Shown here: piece after piece, positions 36,370-45,512 of the stretch
Position numbering within the stretch: position 1 is the stretch's first letter
Layout: each line of letters starts with the position of its first letter
Virus record (IMG/VR): IMGVR_UViG_3300005611_001698
Location: 64,001-128,000 of that record
Length of the DNA stretch: 64,000 nucleotides
Reading direction: 5' to 3' (one strand)
Origin: a virus
Lineage: Duplodnaviria > Caudoviricetes
Translations under genes and position numbers: made by a program
The notes under the pieces: generated by a model
What the model saw: the letters and a program-made list of their open reading frames with translations, nothing else
What the model was told of the DNA's origin: nothing
Database searches by the model: none

Positions 36370-36631
36370 GAAATGGAGTTCGCGGGGGGATTACAATGTC
36401 ATTCTTGGTTATAATAGCATATCTTGTCGAAGAAAACTCACATGCCTTAACCATCATTTGAGGATCTACTTCTATGACATGCATGAGAGGACAATCATCT
36501 TCCTCTAACATCATAGCATATCTCATAGCATCATCTTCTTCTTCAAAGAGGTAAAGCACACGTTCACCATCTTCATTTGCTACGGAGTATGCACCCTCGT
36601 CTTCTTTTCCTTCGATGGTAAGAACAAACAT
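36356..36631 (-). CDS. Hypothetical protein
   Basis: EGAYSV...LFEEEDDA.RYA..L; coupled between g47 and g46. Confidence 0.8.
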   Translation of the reverse strand: MFVLTIEGKEDEGAYSVANEDGERVLYLFEEEDDAMRYAMMLEEDDCPLMHVIEVDPQMMVKACEFSSTRYAIITKNDIVIPPRTPFHDNV

Positions 36632-37671
36632 CAGATTACCTCACAAGCCTCCTGATAGATGTTTTTTATAATATCTTTGACCGCATTCTTATCTATATCA
36701 GTTTCAGATTCATCAAGATATCTACTCAGGATTGAAAGAGTATCTTCCGATTGTTGAATATCAAAATCTTCATTTTCAGCAATAGCAAAGTTTTCAACAA
36801 TCTTCAAATCAGCAACACCAGAATCAAGAAGTTTATCTACAAACTTTTCAAACTTCTTTGGATCTGTTTTCTTACGGACAATAAGTTTTACAATTTTATC
36901 TTTATACTCTGCTGTATTAAATGTTTGATATGGAGTATCCTCATAATAGAGACGATAAAACATCCTGAAAGGATTATTGACAGGAGTTGTTTCAAGTGTC
37001 TCTGTATCAAAAATGTGAAACCCTCTGGTTTCTTCTAGATCACTCCAATAAATCTCATATGGATTTCCAAGATAATTGATATTATCCTCTGTACTTCTGT
37101 GATGATAATGTCCAGAGAAAACTTTTTTAAATCTTGCATAAGGAGCTCGATCAGCACCATGATCCATTAAGTGCTGGCGATTAGCATAGAATCCTTGCAG
37201 TTCCAAGTGTCCCATGACAACAGGACATTCGGTTTTTTTAAGTGAATCGTAAGTTGAACTTTCATTCTCCTGATTGATCCAGGGAACCATTGCAATGTTC
37301 AGTCCACCAATTTCACACTCTTCATACTCAGGTATAACATATACATTATCATATTCTCGCAACAAAAGATCAACTGCATTGATACTATTGGTGTTTTTAT
37401 AATAGGCAGTGTGGTTACCAACGATTGTGTAAACCTTAATGCCCATCTTTTGAAGTCTGTCATAATAGTTCTTCTTTGCCCATGAAAGTGCTGAGAAGTT
37501 AATACCAGTGCGATTATCAAAGGTATCACCCATATCTATGACTACGGTGATTTTCTCTTTCTCTAAGGTAGGGAAGAATACCTCATTATAGAACTCCAAA
37601 AAGAAGTCGTGAAACAGTTTAGAATTTTTACGAGCACCGAAGTGCTGATCTGTTATGATTGCGACTTTCAC
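36631..37671 (-). CDS. gp47: Recombination endonuclease subunit gp47 (Mre11/SbcD-like)
   Basis: TDQHFG, GDTFD, GNH, SGHYH. Confidence 0.97.
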   Translation of the reverse strand: MKVAIITDQHFGARKNSKLFHDFFLEFYNEVFFPTLEKEKITVVIDMGDTFDNRTGINFSALSWAKKNYYDRLQKMGIKVYTIVGNHTAYYKNTNSINAVDLLLREYDNVYVIPEYEECEIGGLNIAMVPWINQENESSTYDSLKKTECPVVMGHLELQGFYANRQHLMDHGADRAPYARFKKVFSGHYHHRSTEDNINYLGNPYEIYWSDLEETRGFHIFDTETLETTPVNNPFRMFYRLYYEDTPYQTFNTAEYKDKIVKLIVRKKTDPKKFEKFVDKLLDSGVADLKIVENFAIAENEDFDIQQSEDTLSILSRYLDESETDIDKNAVKDIIKNIYQEACEVI

Positions 37672-38228
37672 GAACGAAGTTTTGTGTGGACGTTATCTTT
37701 GATTTGATTATAGTCCGAATAGTTGCTGCTGTCAAGGGTATTGTTATCCACGAATACTTCATCGTATCCAGAGCGTTCAAGAATCTTGTTCTTGATTTCC
37801 ATTTGCTTTTTCTCTCTTTGAATCCGTCTCAGAAAAGCGTAGTGAATAATCTGAGTGAAATATGCAAAGGGATTCTGTGATTTTTCTGGATTGAAGTTAT
37901 TAATATATTGAATACAGTTCTCAATACCATCACAAACCATGTCATCTTTGAACATGTAGTTGACAAAGTTTGGTTTATATGAAAGGTGTGTTGCAATCTT
38001 CAAAAAACATTCACCAAGATAGTTTGTGATTCTTGGTTTGTTCGGACTCTTCCAGGTTTTTAAGATTTCAAACTGCTCATCAGGACTCATACTAGCAAGA
38101 TTAGGAATCTCTTTCTCAGCAGCTCTACGAACCTTGATTTTATACTCAATGATAGCAGCAAGAAAATCTTTATTGTTGACGTAATGTTCTGATCTCTTAC
38201 GTGTTTTTGGCATATTAGTTATTAACAT
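37668..38228 (-). CDS. gp55: Late sigma factor gp55
   Basis: HYVNNK.F, NF.NY...DDM..DG, NPFAYFTQI. Confidence 0.96.
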   Translation of the reverse strand: MLITNMPKTRKRSEHYVNNKDFLAAIIEYKIKVRRAAEKEIPNLASMSPDEQFEILKTWKSPNKPRITNYLGECFLKIATHLSYKPNFVNYMFKDDMVCDGIENCIQYINNFNPEKSQNPFAYFTQIIHYAFLRRIQREKKQMEIKNKILERSGYDEVFVDNNTLDSSNYSDYNQIKDNVHTKLRS

Positions 38229-38254
38229 GTTTTATAACCATTATTATTAATAAT

Positions 38255-38304
38255 ATTATACCATATTTTAGGGGCTTGACAAGTCCTTAAAATACCACTA
38301 GAAT
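38255..38304. promoter_or_regulatory. Divergent sigma70-type promoters sharing one -35 site
   Basis: Plus: TTGACA(38276-81)-17-TAGAAT(38299-304); minus: TTGTCA-16-TATAAT(38260-55) with TG extension toward g55. Confidence 0.7.
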
Positions 38305-38328
38305 AACTCTGTGGAGGTTCAAGAGAAA

Positions 38329-38721
38329 TTATAGCTTATATAACTTCTCTAATACCTCTTTTGCTTCGATTACACTAGATATATATCCCATTTCACGATT
38401 AATTGAAGATCTGCTACTAGATGAATCGAAAGATGATTCTCTAACATATGAATTATAGACTTCAATTATTTCAATATTATCACTTTCGCTGATTGTAAGA
38501 ACACGATTCATATCAATAATGAACATGTCATCAGATGAAGTTTTTAACCATGGTTCTACTTTATAACCAATGGCTCCCCATTTTTTCATCTTGACCTCTT
38601 CAAGTGTCACTGGATTAGAAAGAAGTAAAAGTGTTCTTTCATCTTCTTCGCATACAGAAACCTTTGCAAAGATTTCCTCACCAGAGATTAATTTTATTGA
38701 TGCGTAAAAATCGTCTTCCAT
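38329..38721 (-). CDS. Hypothetical protein (Sm-like fold suspected)
   Basis: IKLISGEEIFAKV...PW...F.I....V.TISE; lies between uvsW and g55. Confidence 0.8.
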   Translation of the reverse strand: MEDDFYASIKLISGEEIFAKVSVCEEDERTLLLLSNPVTLEEVKMKKWGAIGYKVEPWLKTSSDDMFIIDMNRVLTISESDNIEIIEVYNSYVRESSFDSSSSRSSINREMGYISSVIEAKEVLEKLYKL

Positions 38722-38723
38722 AT

Positions 38724-40187
38724 TCACTTTAAGTTAACTGTGATGATTTCATAATTGAAGTTCTCCTCGTTGTAGATTTTGATACGTTCAATTAAATGAT
38801 TCAATGTGTAGTTTTTTCTTTGATTATGTGTACAATCATCAGCAATGTCATAGAGAACAGCTTTTACTTTGTTGTTCCCCTTTCTAAGAATTCGTCCAAT
38901 GCTTTGAAGGTTTCTGATTCGGGATTTACTAGGTGAGGCAAAGATAACATTATGGAGATTTTTAATATTGATGCCAGTAGAGAAAGTTCCATAAGAGGCA
39001 ACGATGATAGCGTTTGATTCTCTTTCTGTGATTTCCCTAACTAGTTCACGCTCCTGAGCATCTACTCCACCATGCACGAAGAAAACCTTTCGATTTTCAT
39101 CTGCTTTTTTGTTATTTATTTCCTCGTAAAGGACCTGACCGTGAGATTCAACTCTTGAATAAAGAACAAGAGTATTTCCTTTTAGATCTAATGTCAGATT
39201 TGTGATAAACTTATTTCGTTGTTGATGTCCAATAATGTATTGAACTTCATCCTCAAAGTTCTCAAACTTTTGTGGTGGATGTTTGAGTAGGATACAGTTG
39301 ATATCTAACTTAGAAAGATATCCTTTCTGCATTAACTCCTCTGTACGGATGATCTTGTATGATGGTCCAAACAGTCCCTCTAAGACCCATTTATGCGTCT
39401 GTGTGCCGTCTAATGTCCCTGTGAACCCAAATCTATGTTTAGCAGTATGTAACTTCGTCATGATCTGTATAAGAGACTTAGATTTGAAAAGATGAGCTTC
39501 ATCTCCAATCACAACATCAAATCTCTCAAACCACTTCCTATCAAGTTTATAGATAGATTGCCACGTAGTGATCACAATTGGCCGATTATCCGTCTTTTCG
39601 CGCCCAGAGTAGATGCGGTGACAATACTCCTCTGCCTCCCAGCCATAATCCTCAAAGTCCTTATACATCTGCTCTACCAGAGATGTCGTTGGAACAACTA
39701 CCAGGGTATTTTTGTTGTGCTCTGTATAATATCTGGCGAGAGAATAAATCATCAAAGATTTGCCAGATGCAGTTGGACTTATCAATAATCTTCTATTGTG
39801 TTTTAGAGCATCGTATACTCCCTCTATTTGGTATTCACGTGGTTCGTGAACGGAAATAGATTTCATATAATCTTTTATACCCTCCTTTGAGATAGACTCA
39901 TTGATTTCAAAAGGAGTTCCAAAAAACTTGTTATCAACAAACTTATATTCGTATCCGTAGCGTTTGCAAAATGATATAAGTTTGTCTAAAAGACCAACGT
40001 AGATTTCACCTGTTGCCGTAGAGAAAAGGCGAATCTTTCCATCCCAGTATTTGTTTCGATACTGAGGCATAAATTTTGCACCAGGAACATCAAATGTAAA
40101 CTCCTCAGATAGTTCCTGGTAGACATGAGGTTCTGCTTTTATTTTAAGATATACTTCGTTCTTTTTTTCAATACTGAGTTCAACCAT
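38724..40187 (-). CDS. uvsW: SF2 helicase UvsW
   Basis: SPTASGKS, DEAH, TGT, QSIGR. Confidence 0.97.
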   Translation of the reverse strand: MVELSIEKKNEVYLKIKAEPHVYQELSEEFTFDVPGAKFMPQYRNKYWDGKIRLFSTATGEIYVGLLDKLISFCKRYGYEYKFVDNKFFGTPFEINESISKEGIKDYMKSISVHEPREYQIEGVYDALKHNRRLLISPTASGKSLMIYSLARYYTEHNKNTLVVVPTTSLVEQMYKDFEDYGWEAEEYCHRIYSGREKTDNRPIVITTWQSIYKLDRKWFERFDVVIGDEAHLFKSKSLIQIMTKLHTAKHRFGFTGTLDGTQTHKWVLEGLFGPSYKIIRTEELMQKGYLSKLDINCILLKHPPQKFENFEDEVQYIIGHQQRNKFITNLTLDLKGNTLVLYSRVESHGQVLYEEINNKKADENRKVFFVHGGVDAQERELVREITERESNAIIVASYGTFSTGINIKNLHNVIFASPSKSRIRNLQSIGRILRKGNNKVKAVLYDIADDCTHNQRKNYTLNHLIERIKIYNEENFNYEIITVNLK

Positions 40188-40611
40188 AACCTGCTACGAA
40201 TTTTTGCCACTCGATAGCATTCTTGATTTGATAAGTGCGATTACTTATTTGTTTTAGAATGCTCTCAATATAATTTAGTTGAGTTTCGTAGTAGTCGATT
40301 TTGAGATTGACATTCATCAACTTTTCATCAGCATCCAGATACTTTTGCATTGTATCTTTGTCACGAATCTTCTTTGGAAATGGATTCTCAATGTAAACTT
40401 CTGGATCTGCTTTTCCAGAAAAATATTCGTATCGTTCATGACGAATATTTTTTCTCTGCTGCTCTGCTTTCTTTCTTAGCAACAAAGTATTGTTAAACAT
40501 TTCATGATATTTCGCATGAAGTGCAGGTATCTTTAATGATTCGTCGTGAAGATTATCTTTATCAATCTGTGAGTCTTTCTCCCACATACTTTGTATATCA
40601 TCAAGATTCAT
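40180..40611 (-). CDS. uvsY: Recombination mediator UvsY
   Basis: D..ID..NL..ES..IP.LHAKY; IKNAIEW. Confidence 0.93.
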   Translation of the reverse strand: MNLDDIQSMWEKDSQIDKDNLHDESLKIPALHAKYHEMFNNTLLLRKKAEQQRKNIRHERYEYFSGKADPEVYIENPFPKKIRDKDTMQKYLDADEKLMNVNLKIDYYETQLNYIESILKQISNRTYQIKNAIEWQKFVAGYG

Positions 40612-41174
40612 AAAGGATTGCCAGCCAAGTCAGTGATAGTATATACAGTATACTTGAAAGTACACTCTGCTGTAAAGTAATCAACGTCTGTTGGGGTAGC
40701 ATCAAAATCCAAAGTTGTCAAGGATATCGGAAACATTCCTTTGAACTTCACAAGAAACTGTGGATTCATTGTGCTATTTAAAACTTCTAACGTAGCATCG
40801 GAATATAAAAGTTCTTCCGATCTGTTAAATTTTCTATTGTATAGTTCTGCATACTCGGTGTATTCCGAATATATCTCTGCCAAACTTTCTGGGAAACCAA
40901 GACCTCTCATCCAGTTTTGAATCTGCATGTAGTTTTTAAGATCTTCATCGACCAGAAATCTTAGGTTGAAATCTGAAAACTGTAACTTTTCACCTGGTCT
41001 TGGAATATCATTCAAATAGTTTGGTTGAGTTGCAACACCAAGATCAATACCAGGAATCTGTGCTGTATTAGAAAAGAAACTTACTTTGGGGCAGCGTTGC
41101 AAAGTGAAATTAAAACCTGTTGGTGCCAGGTAATTCCTATTTTGTATTTGCTTATCGTATATTGAACGTGCCAT
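40608..41174 (-). CDS. gp3: Tail tube terminator gp3
   Basis: PG.KL.F..F.LRFLVDEDL.NY; FP.SL..LDF. Confidence 0.9.
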   Translation of the reverse strand: MARSIYDKQIQNRNYLAPTGFNFTLQRCPKVSFFSNTAQIPGIDLGVATQPNYLNDIPRPGEKLQFSDFNLRFLVDEDLKNYMQIQNWMRGLGFPESLAEIYSEYTEYAELYNRKFNRSEELLYSDATLEVLNSTMNPQFLVKFKGMFPISLTTLDFDATPTDVDYFTAECTFKYTVYTITDLAGNPL

Positions 41175-41177
41175 GAG

Positions 41178-41384
41178 TTATTTTCTATGAAATGCTTCTG
41201 GTTCTGTTTCGTGTATCCAATCTTTGAGGTTTCTTACGTAATCTCTTAATTTTTCTGCCTGTTTTTCGTGGAAGGGATCATTTGTATCAAGATATAATTC
41301 TGTGTGGAGATCTACTCCATCAAGGCAACTCTTTATGATAGGGTTCCACGGTTCCCTAAAAGAGGTATTCCATTCACGTGGCAT
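41178..41384 (-). CDS. Hypothetical protein
   Basis: 68-aa ORF after CTAAATA at 41419-41425. Confidence 0.7.
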   Translation of the reverse strand: MPREWNTSFREPWNPIIKSCLDGVDLHTELYLDTNDPFHEKQAEKLRDYVRNLKDWIHETEPEAFHRK

Positions 41385-41427
41385 ACAAGGTCACGATCAC
41401 CTCATATAAGTAACACATTATTTAGAT

Positions 41428-41453
41428 AAAAAAAGGGACCCTTTCGGGTCCCT
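41428..41453 (-). terminator. Rho-independent terminator after g23
   Basis: AGGGACCC-GAAA-GGGTCCCT followed by T-run. Confidence 0.92.
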
Positions 41454-41472
41454 CGCACTTCCTTCACACAAA
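41428..41472 (-). ncRNA. Candidate late small RNA (or g23 3' UTR element) complementary to the Yfr1 motif
   Basis: TATAAATA at 41483-41476 directly after g23 stop; GTGTGAAGGAAGT; terminator; no ORF. Confidence 0.5.
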
Positions 41473-41483
41473 GGATATTTATA

Positions 41484-42899
41484 TCACATCAAGTTGGTGA
41501 CCTTGACGCGACGATAGTAGCGGTTCTGGTTGGCAAGGAGTCTGCCAAGACCCTGATCAGTGCCCTCAGCAAATGGGTTAGCAACAAGACCGTAACGGGT
41601 CTTAAAGCCAATCTTAGGCTGGAAGTTGTTCTCACCAACGGCACGAACCATTTGGAGAGGAACATATGGACAGTAGAAGATACCAGCGTCATAAGGTGAA
41701 GAACCCTTATAACCTACAACGTAGTACTGGTTAGCAGCAACGTTAGCAGCATATGGGTCAATGTAGACGCGATACTTACCATTGATAGTACCAGCAAAAG
41801 TGTTGCCAGTGTCATCAACGTTCAGGTTAGCGTTCAGGGCAGGGGTGTAATCAAGTACACCAGCCATGGTCAGAGCAGAAGCAACGTCAGCAGAGGTCAT
41901 GATGATGTTGCCCTTTCCTCTACGAGTTCTTTGTGCGATAGCGTTAGCATCGCGCTCGATTTGGAACAGCAGACCTTTGAACTTCTCAACAGACCAACGA
42001 CCGTTGGAGTCAACGTCCAGGTTGAACTCACCAGCGGTAGCGGTGTTGACGGTAGCACCTTGCTCAGCAACCTTATAGATGGTTCTGATGACTTCACGGT
42101 TGATCTCAGCCAGAATCTCAGTGGAGAGGATGTTGGCGAGTTCAGCCTCAGCATTCAGACCATGAATTGCTTTCAGGTCTTGTGCCAGTTCCAGTGAGTA
42201 CTCAGCTTTCAGAGCACGTGACTTAGCAGTAACGGTAACTTTCTCAATCGAGAATGCCATCTCGTTGAAAGCATTGGTGGTAGTACCATCCAGTGCCTCA
42301 GCATCGGCAGTACCCATGCCCTGACCAACGTTATAACCGTCAGTAGCAGCAGTTCCAACAGGGTTGAGAACAGATGGGTTGGTGCCAGTCTGTGAAGTAG
42401 TACCGAAACCAGCAGCTACGTCAGAGAAGTAGCTGGTGTTGTCGAAGCCATGATCCATACCGGAGAATGCGGTATCAGCTTCGTTATAGAATGCCTCAGC
42501 ACCGCTCATTCCAGGAGTACCAGGAGCAGCGTAGCGTGAACGCATTGCGAAGATCAGTCCAGTAGGACCGTTCATTGGTTGAACGCCAGCCAGGTCATAA
42601 GCAACCAGGTTAGGCATTGAGCGTCTGATCAGGGAGATCAGAACAGGGTCGAAACCAGCAACAGGACCAGCAGCAGTGGCATCAGCAGAGAAACCAGCAG
42701 CAGAGGTTGAGGAGTTGGTGTTGACCGTTGGGGTCTCCATCAGGTTCATGCCACTGTTAAAGGCATTTTCCTCACGGAGGAATCTTTCTTGGTTTTCCAG
42801 CAGAACAGCGGTTACAGCTCTACGATGGGAATCTTTGATTCCACCATCATGATCGAGAAGAGGCTTCCACTTTTCTACCAGATGCTCGGATTGGAACAT
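41484..42899 (-). CDS. gp23: Major capsid protein gp23
   Basis: GVQPM.GPTGLIFAMR, KSRALKAEYS.ELAQDLKA.HG, FQPKIGFKTRYG. Confidence 0.99.
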   Translation of the reverse strand: MFQSEHLVEKWKPLLDHDGGIKDSHRRAVTAVLLENQERFLREENAFNSGMNLMETPTVNTNSSTSAAGFSADATAAGPVAGFDPVLISLIRRSMPNLVAYDLAGVQPMNGPTGLIFAMRSRYAAPGTPGMSGAEAFYNEADTAFSGMDHGFDNTSYFSDVAAGFGTTSQTGTNPSVLNPVGTAATDGYNVGQGMGTADAEALDGTTTNAFNEMAFSIEKVTVTAKSRALKAEYSLELAQDLKAIHGLNAEAELANILSTEILAEINREVIRTIYKVAEQGATVNTATAGEFNLDVDSNGRWSVEKFKGLLFQIERDANAIAQRTRRGKGNIIMTSADVASALTMAGVLDYTPALNANLNVDDTGNTFAGTINGKYRVYIDPYAANVAANQYYVVGYKGSSPYDAGIFYCPYVPLQMVRAVGENNFQPKIGFKTRYGLVANPFAEGTDQGLGRLLANQNRYYRRVKVTNLM

Positions 42900-42943
42900 T
42901 GGTTTTTACCTTGGTAAACGATTGGGTTTGGTTAATGTTAAAT

Positions 42944-44020
42944 TCACTTATTCATCTTGCTGAGAATATCAAGGTATGAAGACATACCACCAGCAACAGG
43001 TGCCTCGGTATGATCTACACCCTCAGAAAGAGTATCAGCGGTTGATGATTGAGATACTGACTTAGGAGCGGAGAAATAAGATTCTCTCAGGGTAGTCAGT
43101 TTTTCTCTAAACGATTCTTCACTTTCAAACTCAACACCTTCGGCAAGTGAAGCGAGCTTCTCTCTTTGAGTCTGTGCAAGACCCTCAGATACATCGGAGA
43201 GAATTCCATCAGCAACCGACTCTGCGAGACGCTTGTTAAGGGAAATATTCTTTTCGATTTGCTCGTTGAGTTTAGTCTCCATGTCATCTAACTTGTCTGT
43301 CATTGCAGACAAGACATCATATTTTTCTTCAGGGATTGATACATAATGTTCTTCAAAAAGTGACTTCATACCTTCAAGGAAGGATTCAGTCATTTCAGTT
43401 TTAAGACCTCTTTCAACAGCGAGTTGGTTCTCAGTGATCCACTCATCTGCAACATACTCCAAGTAAGAATCAACACGCTCTTGAAGTTCGGTCTTCATTT
43501 CTTCAATCTCTTCTGCAAGAGCAGCAGTATAGTGCTCTTCAAGAGATTCTCTGATTTCAGCAACTTTTGATTTGAGAGCAGCTTCAAAGATGGTTTTTGC
43601 TTTTTCTTTGAATTCTTCGGAAAGTTCTTCACCGCCAAGGAGAGCATTAACATCTTCCTCAACGTCGATTTCTTCCTCGACAACTTCTTCTTCATCAACC
43701 TCTTCGGTCTCAGCAAGAACTTCCTCGTCTTGGAGATCTTCCTCTTCCTTCATTCCTTTCATTGCATCAGCACCTTTTGCTCCTTTGTTGACAACATCTC
43801 TAACTTGTTTCAAAGTGCCGCCTGGTTCTCTCAGTTTTGCGCTATCGTCGTCAGAGCGATAGTTCTCAGGAGTAGGACCACCAAGGTCTTCTACACTACC
43901 AAGTTGTGTTCCAGGATCTGCCATTTTGGGCATTGGATCGCCCGCTTTGGCACCTGAGTTAACGGCGGTGCGGGACTGTTGTGTCTTTACTTCCATTTCT
44001 TGTAGATTTCCACGCGACAT
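42944..44020 (-). CDS. gp22: Prohead scaffold gp22
   Basis: Acidic coiled coil, LSEEFKEKAKTIFEAA, YLEYV..EW; TATAAATA 44054-44061. Confidence 0.94.
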   Translation of the reverse strand: MSRGNLQEMEVKTQQSRTAVNSGAKAGDPMPKMADPGTQLGSVEDLGGPTPENYRSDDDSAKLREPGGTLKQVRDVVNKGAKGADAMKGMKEEEDLQDEEVLAETEEVDEEEVVEEEIDVEEDVNALLGGEELSEEFKEKAKTIFEAALKSKVAEIRESLEEHYTAALAEEIEEMKTELQERVDSYLEYVADEWITENQLAVERGLKTEMTESFLEGMKSLFEEHYVSIPEEKYDVLSAMTDKLDDMETKLNEQIEKNISLNKRLAESVADGILSDVSEGLAQTQREKLASLAEGVEFESEESFREKLTTLRESYFSAPKSVSQSSTADTLSEGVDHTEAPVAGGMSSYLDILSKMNK

Positions 44021-44062
44021 TTGAAATAAACCTATTTTGGTATTATCTTTATTTATTTATAA

Positions 44063-44713
44063 TTAGATATTTTGCAAAAAGTCGTTAAAGAGACTTAATT
44101 TCTTTTCGTCAAGTTGTTTTTGATCAACAAGAGTGTTAATCTGGGCATATGTTTTAGCAGCATACTTTTCACGGAGGATGCCACCATCCCATACCCACTC
44201 TTTTCCTTCCATGATTCCCTCAACAAATGCATCAGGTGCGGAAGGATCAGCAACGATATCAGCAGCAGTTGCTAACATGAAATCATCACCTACAACATTG
44301 ATTCCCTCTCTTGTAAGTTTGAGTGAACCAATTCCTCTGGAAGAGACACCAAGTTTGACACCTTCCTCTACCAGAGAAGCAGCAATCTTACCCATTGGGG
44401 TGTTGAGGATTTTTGCCTTACCGATAAAGTTAGAACCACTCTCTCTGAGTGATACAATCTTATGTGAAACTCTATCAAGGTTTACAGTAGGACCTTCGGG
44501 ATGACCGAGTTCTCCAAGAGCACGTCCTTTTTGAATATGATTTTCGTTGTATCTTCCAACTTCACGGCGAAGTGTTTCCATTGGATACATGCGACCGTTG
44601 CGGTTCTTGATGTTTCCTTGCAGAAAAACACCTTCGATATAAAGTTGTTTCTTACCGCCTTTGTTTTCGATAAGAAATTCAACTGATTCGATTTCTTCTG
44701 TGATGAGTTTCAT
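44063..44713 (-). CDS. gp21: Prohead protease gp21
   Basis: NRNGR.YP, ALGELGHP, GVSSRG.GSL, D.VADPS. Confidence 0.97.
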   Translation of the reverse strand: MKLITEEIESVEFLIENKGGKKQLYIEGVFLQGNIKNRNGRMYPMETLRREVGRYNENHIQKGRALGELGHPEGPTVNLDRVSHKIVSLRESGSNFIGKAKILNTPMGKIAASLVEEGVKLGVSSRGIGSLKLTREGINVVGDDFMLATAADIVADPSAPDAFVEGIMEGKEWVWDGGILREKYAAKTYAQINTLVDQKQLDEKKLSLFNDFLQNI

Positions 44714-45285
44714 TAGGAGATACCGCTTGTTTGAACTTGAATGAGTTGGACTGTTGTTCCAGTTCCGCTAGCTTTGGCAGAAACTTTAAGTGAGTTTCTC
44801 ATCTCAGAACCATTAAAGGTTGCTGTTGATGCACCAGAAACAGTTGCACTTGAAGTGTCTTTTGTGACTACAACTCTTGTGGAATAATAACCAGTTGCAT
44901 GAGATGCTGAGGTTAGAACTCTTTCAATAGGAAGATGAGTTCCGTTTAATGAATCGGGAGTGATACCTGTGATCGTAACAGTGTCACCAACATTAAATGT
45001 AGTTCCAGTTCCCTCTGGGAAGTGATAAACAGTTGAAGCACCAGTGGTGATTCCGCTGATTGGTTGTGACTTTGGTGTCAAAGAAAGAGTCGCAGAAGTA
45101 TCAGCAACAACAACGTAATCTAAATCAGTTGCAGTTGGATTAGTTCCAATAGCAACATTAATATCTTGTGACCCTACCGCACTGATTCTAAGAGAATCTG
45201 ATCTCACCGAAAATGGTTGAGATGTAGTTACACCATTTGCACTAGCAAAATATGTGCCAGTGCCCACTATTGGATTATGAGCCAT
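44713..45285 (-). CDS. Hypothetical, probable virion protein
   Basis: Thr/Ser-rich beta protein in head operon. Confidence 0.7.
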   Translation of the reverse strand: MAHNPIVGTGTYFASANGVTTSQPFSVRSDSLRISAVGSQDINVAIGTNPTATDLDYVVVADTSATLSLTPKSQPISGITTGASTVYHFPEGTGTTFNVGDTVTITGITPDSLNGTHLPIERVLTSASHATGYYSTRVVVTKDTSSATVSGASTATFNGSEMRNSLKVSAKASGTGTTVQLIQVQTSGIS

Positions 45286-45482
45286 TACTCCTCCTCGGAT
45301 TCGGTTTCGATTTCATCTTCAAAGTCATCTTCAATTTCTTCTGCACCAAACAATGACGAAGCAGCAACAGGTTTCAGAGCATCAACTCTTTCTGCTGATT
45401 TTGCATAAAGAATTTCTTTCATTTTATCCGAAACCTCCGAAGGAGATTCACCAGTCACCATAAGATCCATTAATTCTTCCAT
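45285..45482 (-). CDS. Small acidic prohead core-like protein (gp67 position)
   Basis: Follows portal, very acidic tail; TATAAATA 45510-45517. Confidence 0.7.
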   Translation of the reverse strand: MEELMDLMVTGESPSEVSDKMKEILYAKSAERVDALKPVAASSLFGAEEIEDDFEDEIETESEEE

Positions 45483-45512
45483 TGTTTAGAAATATATTAA
45501 GACTGTATTTAT

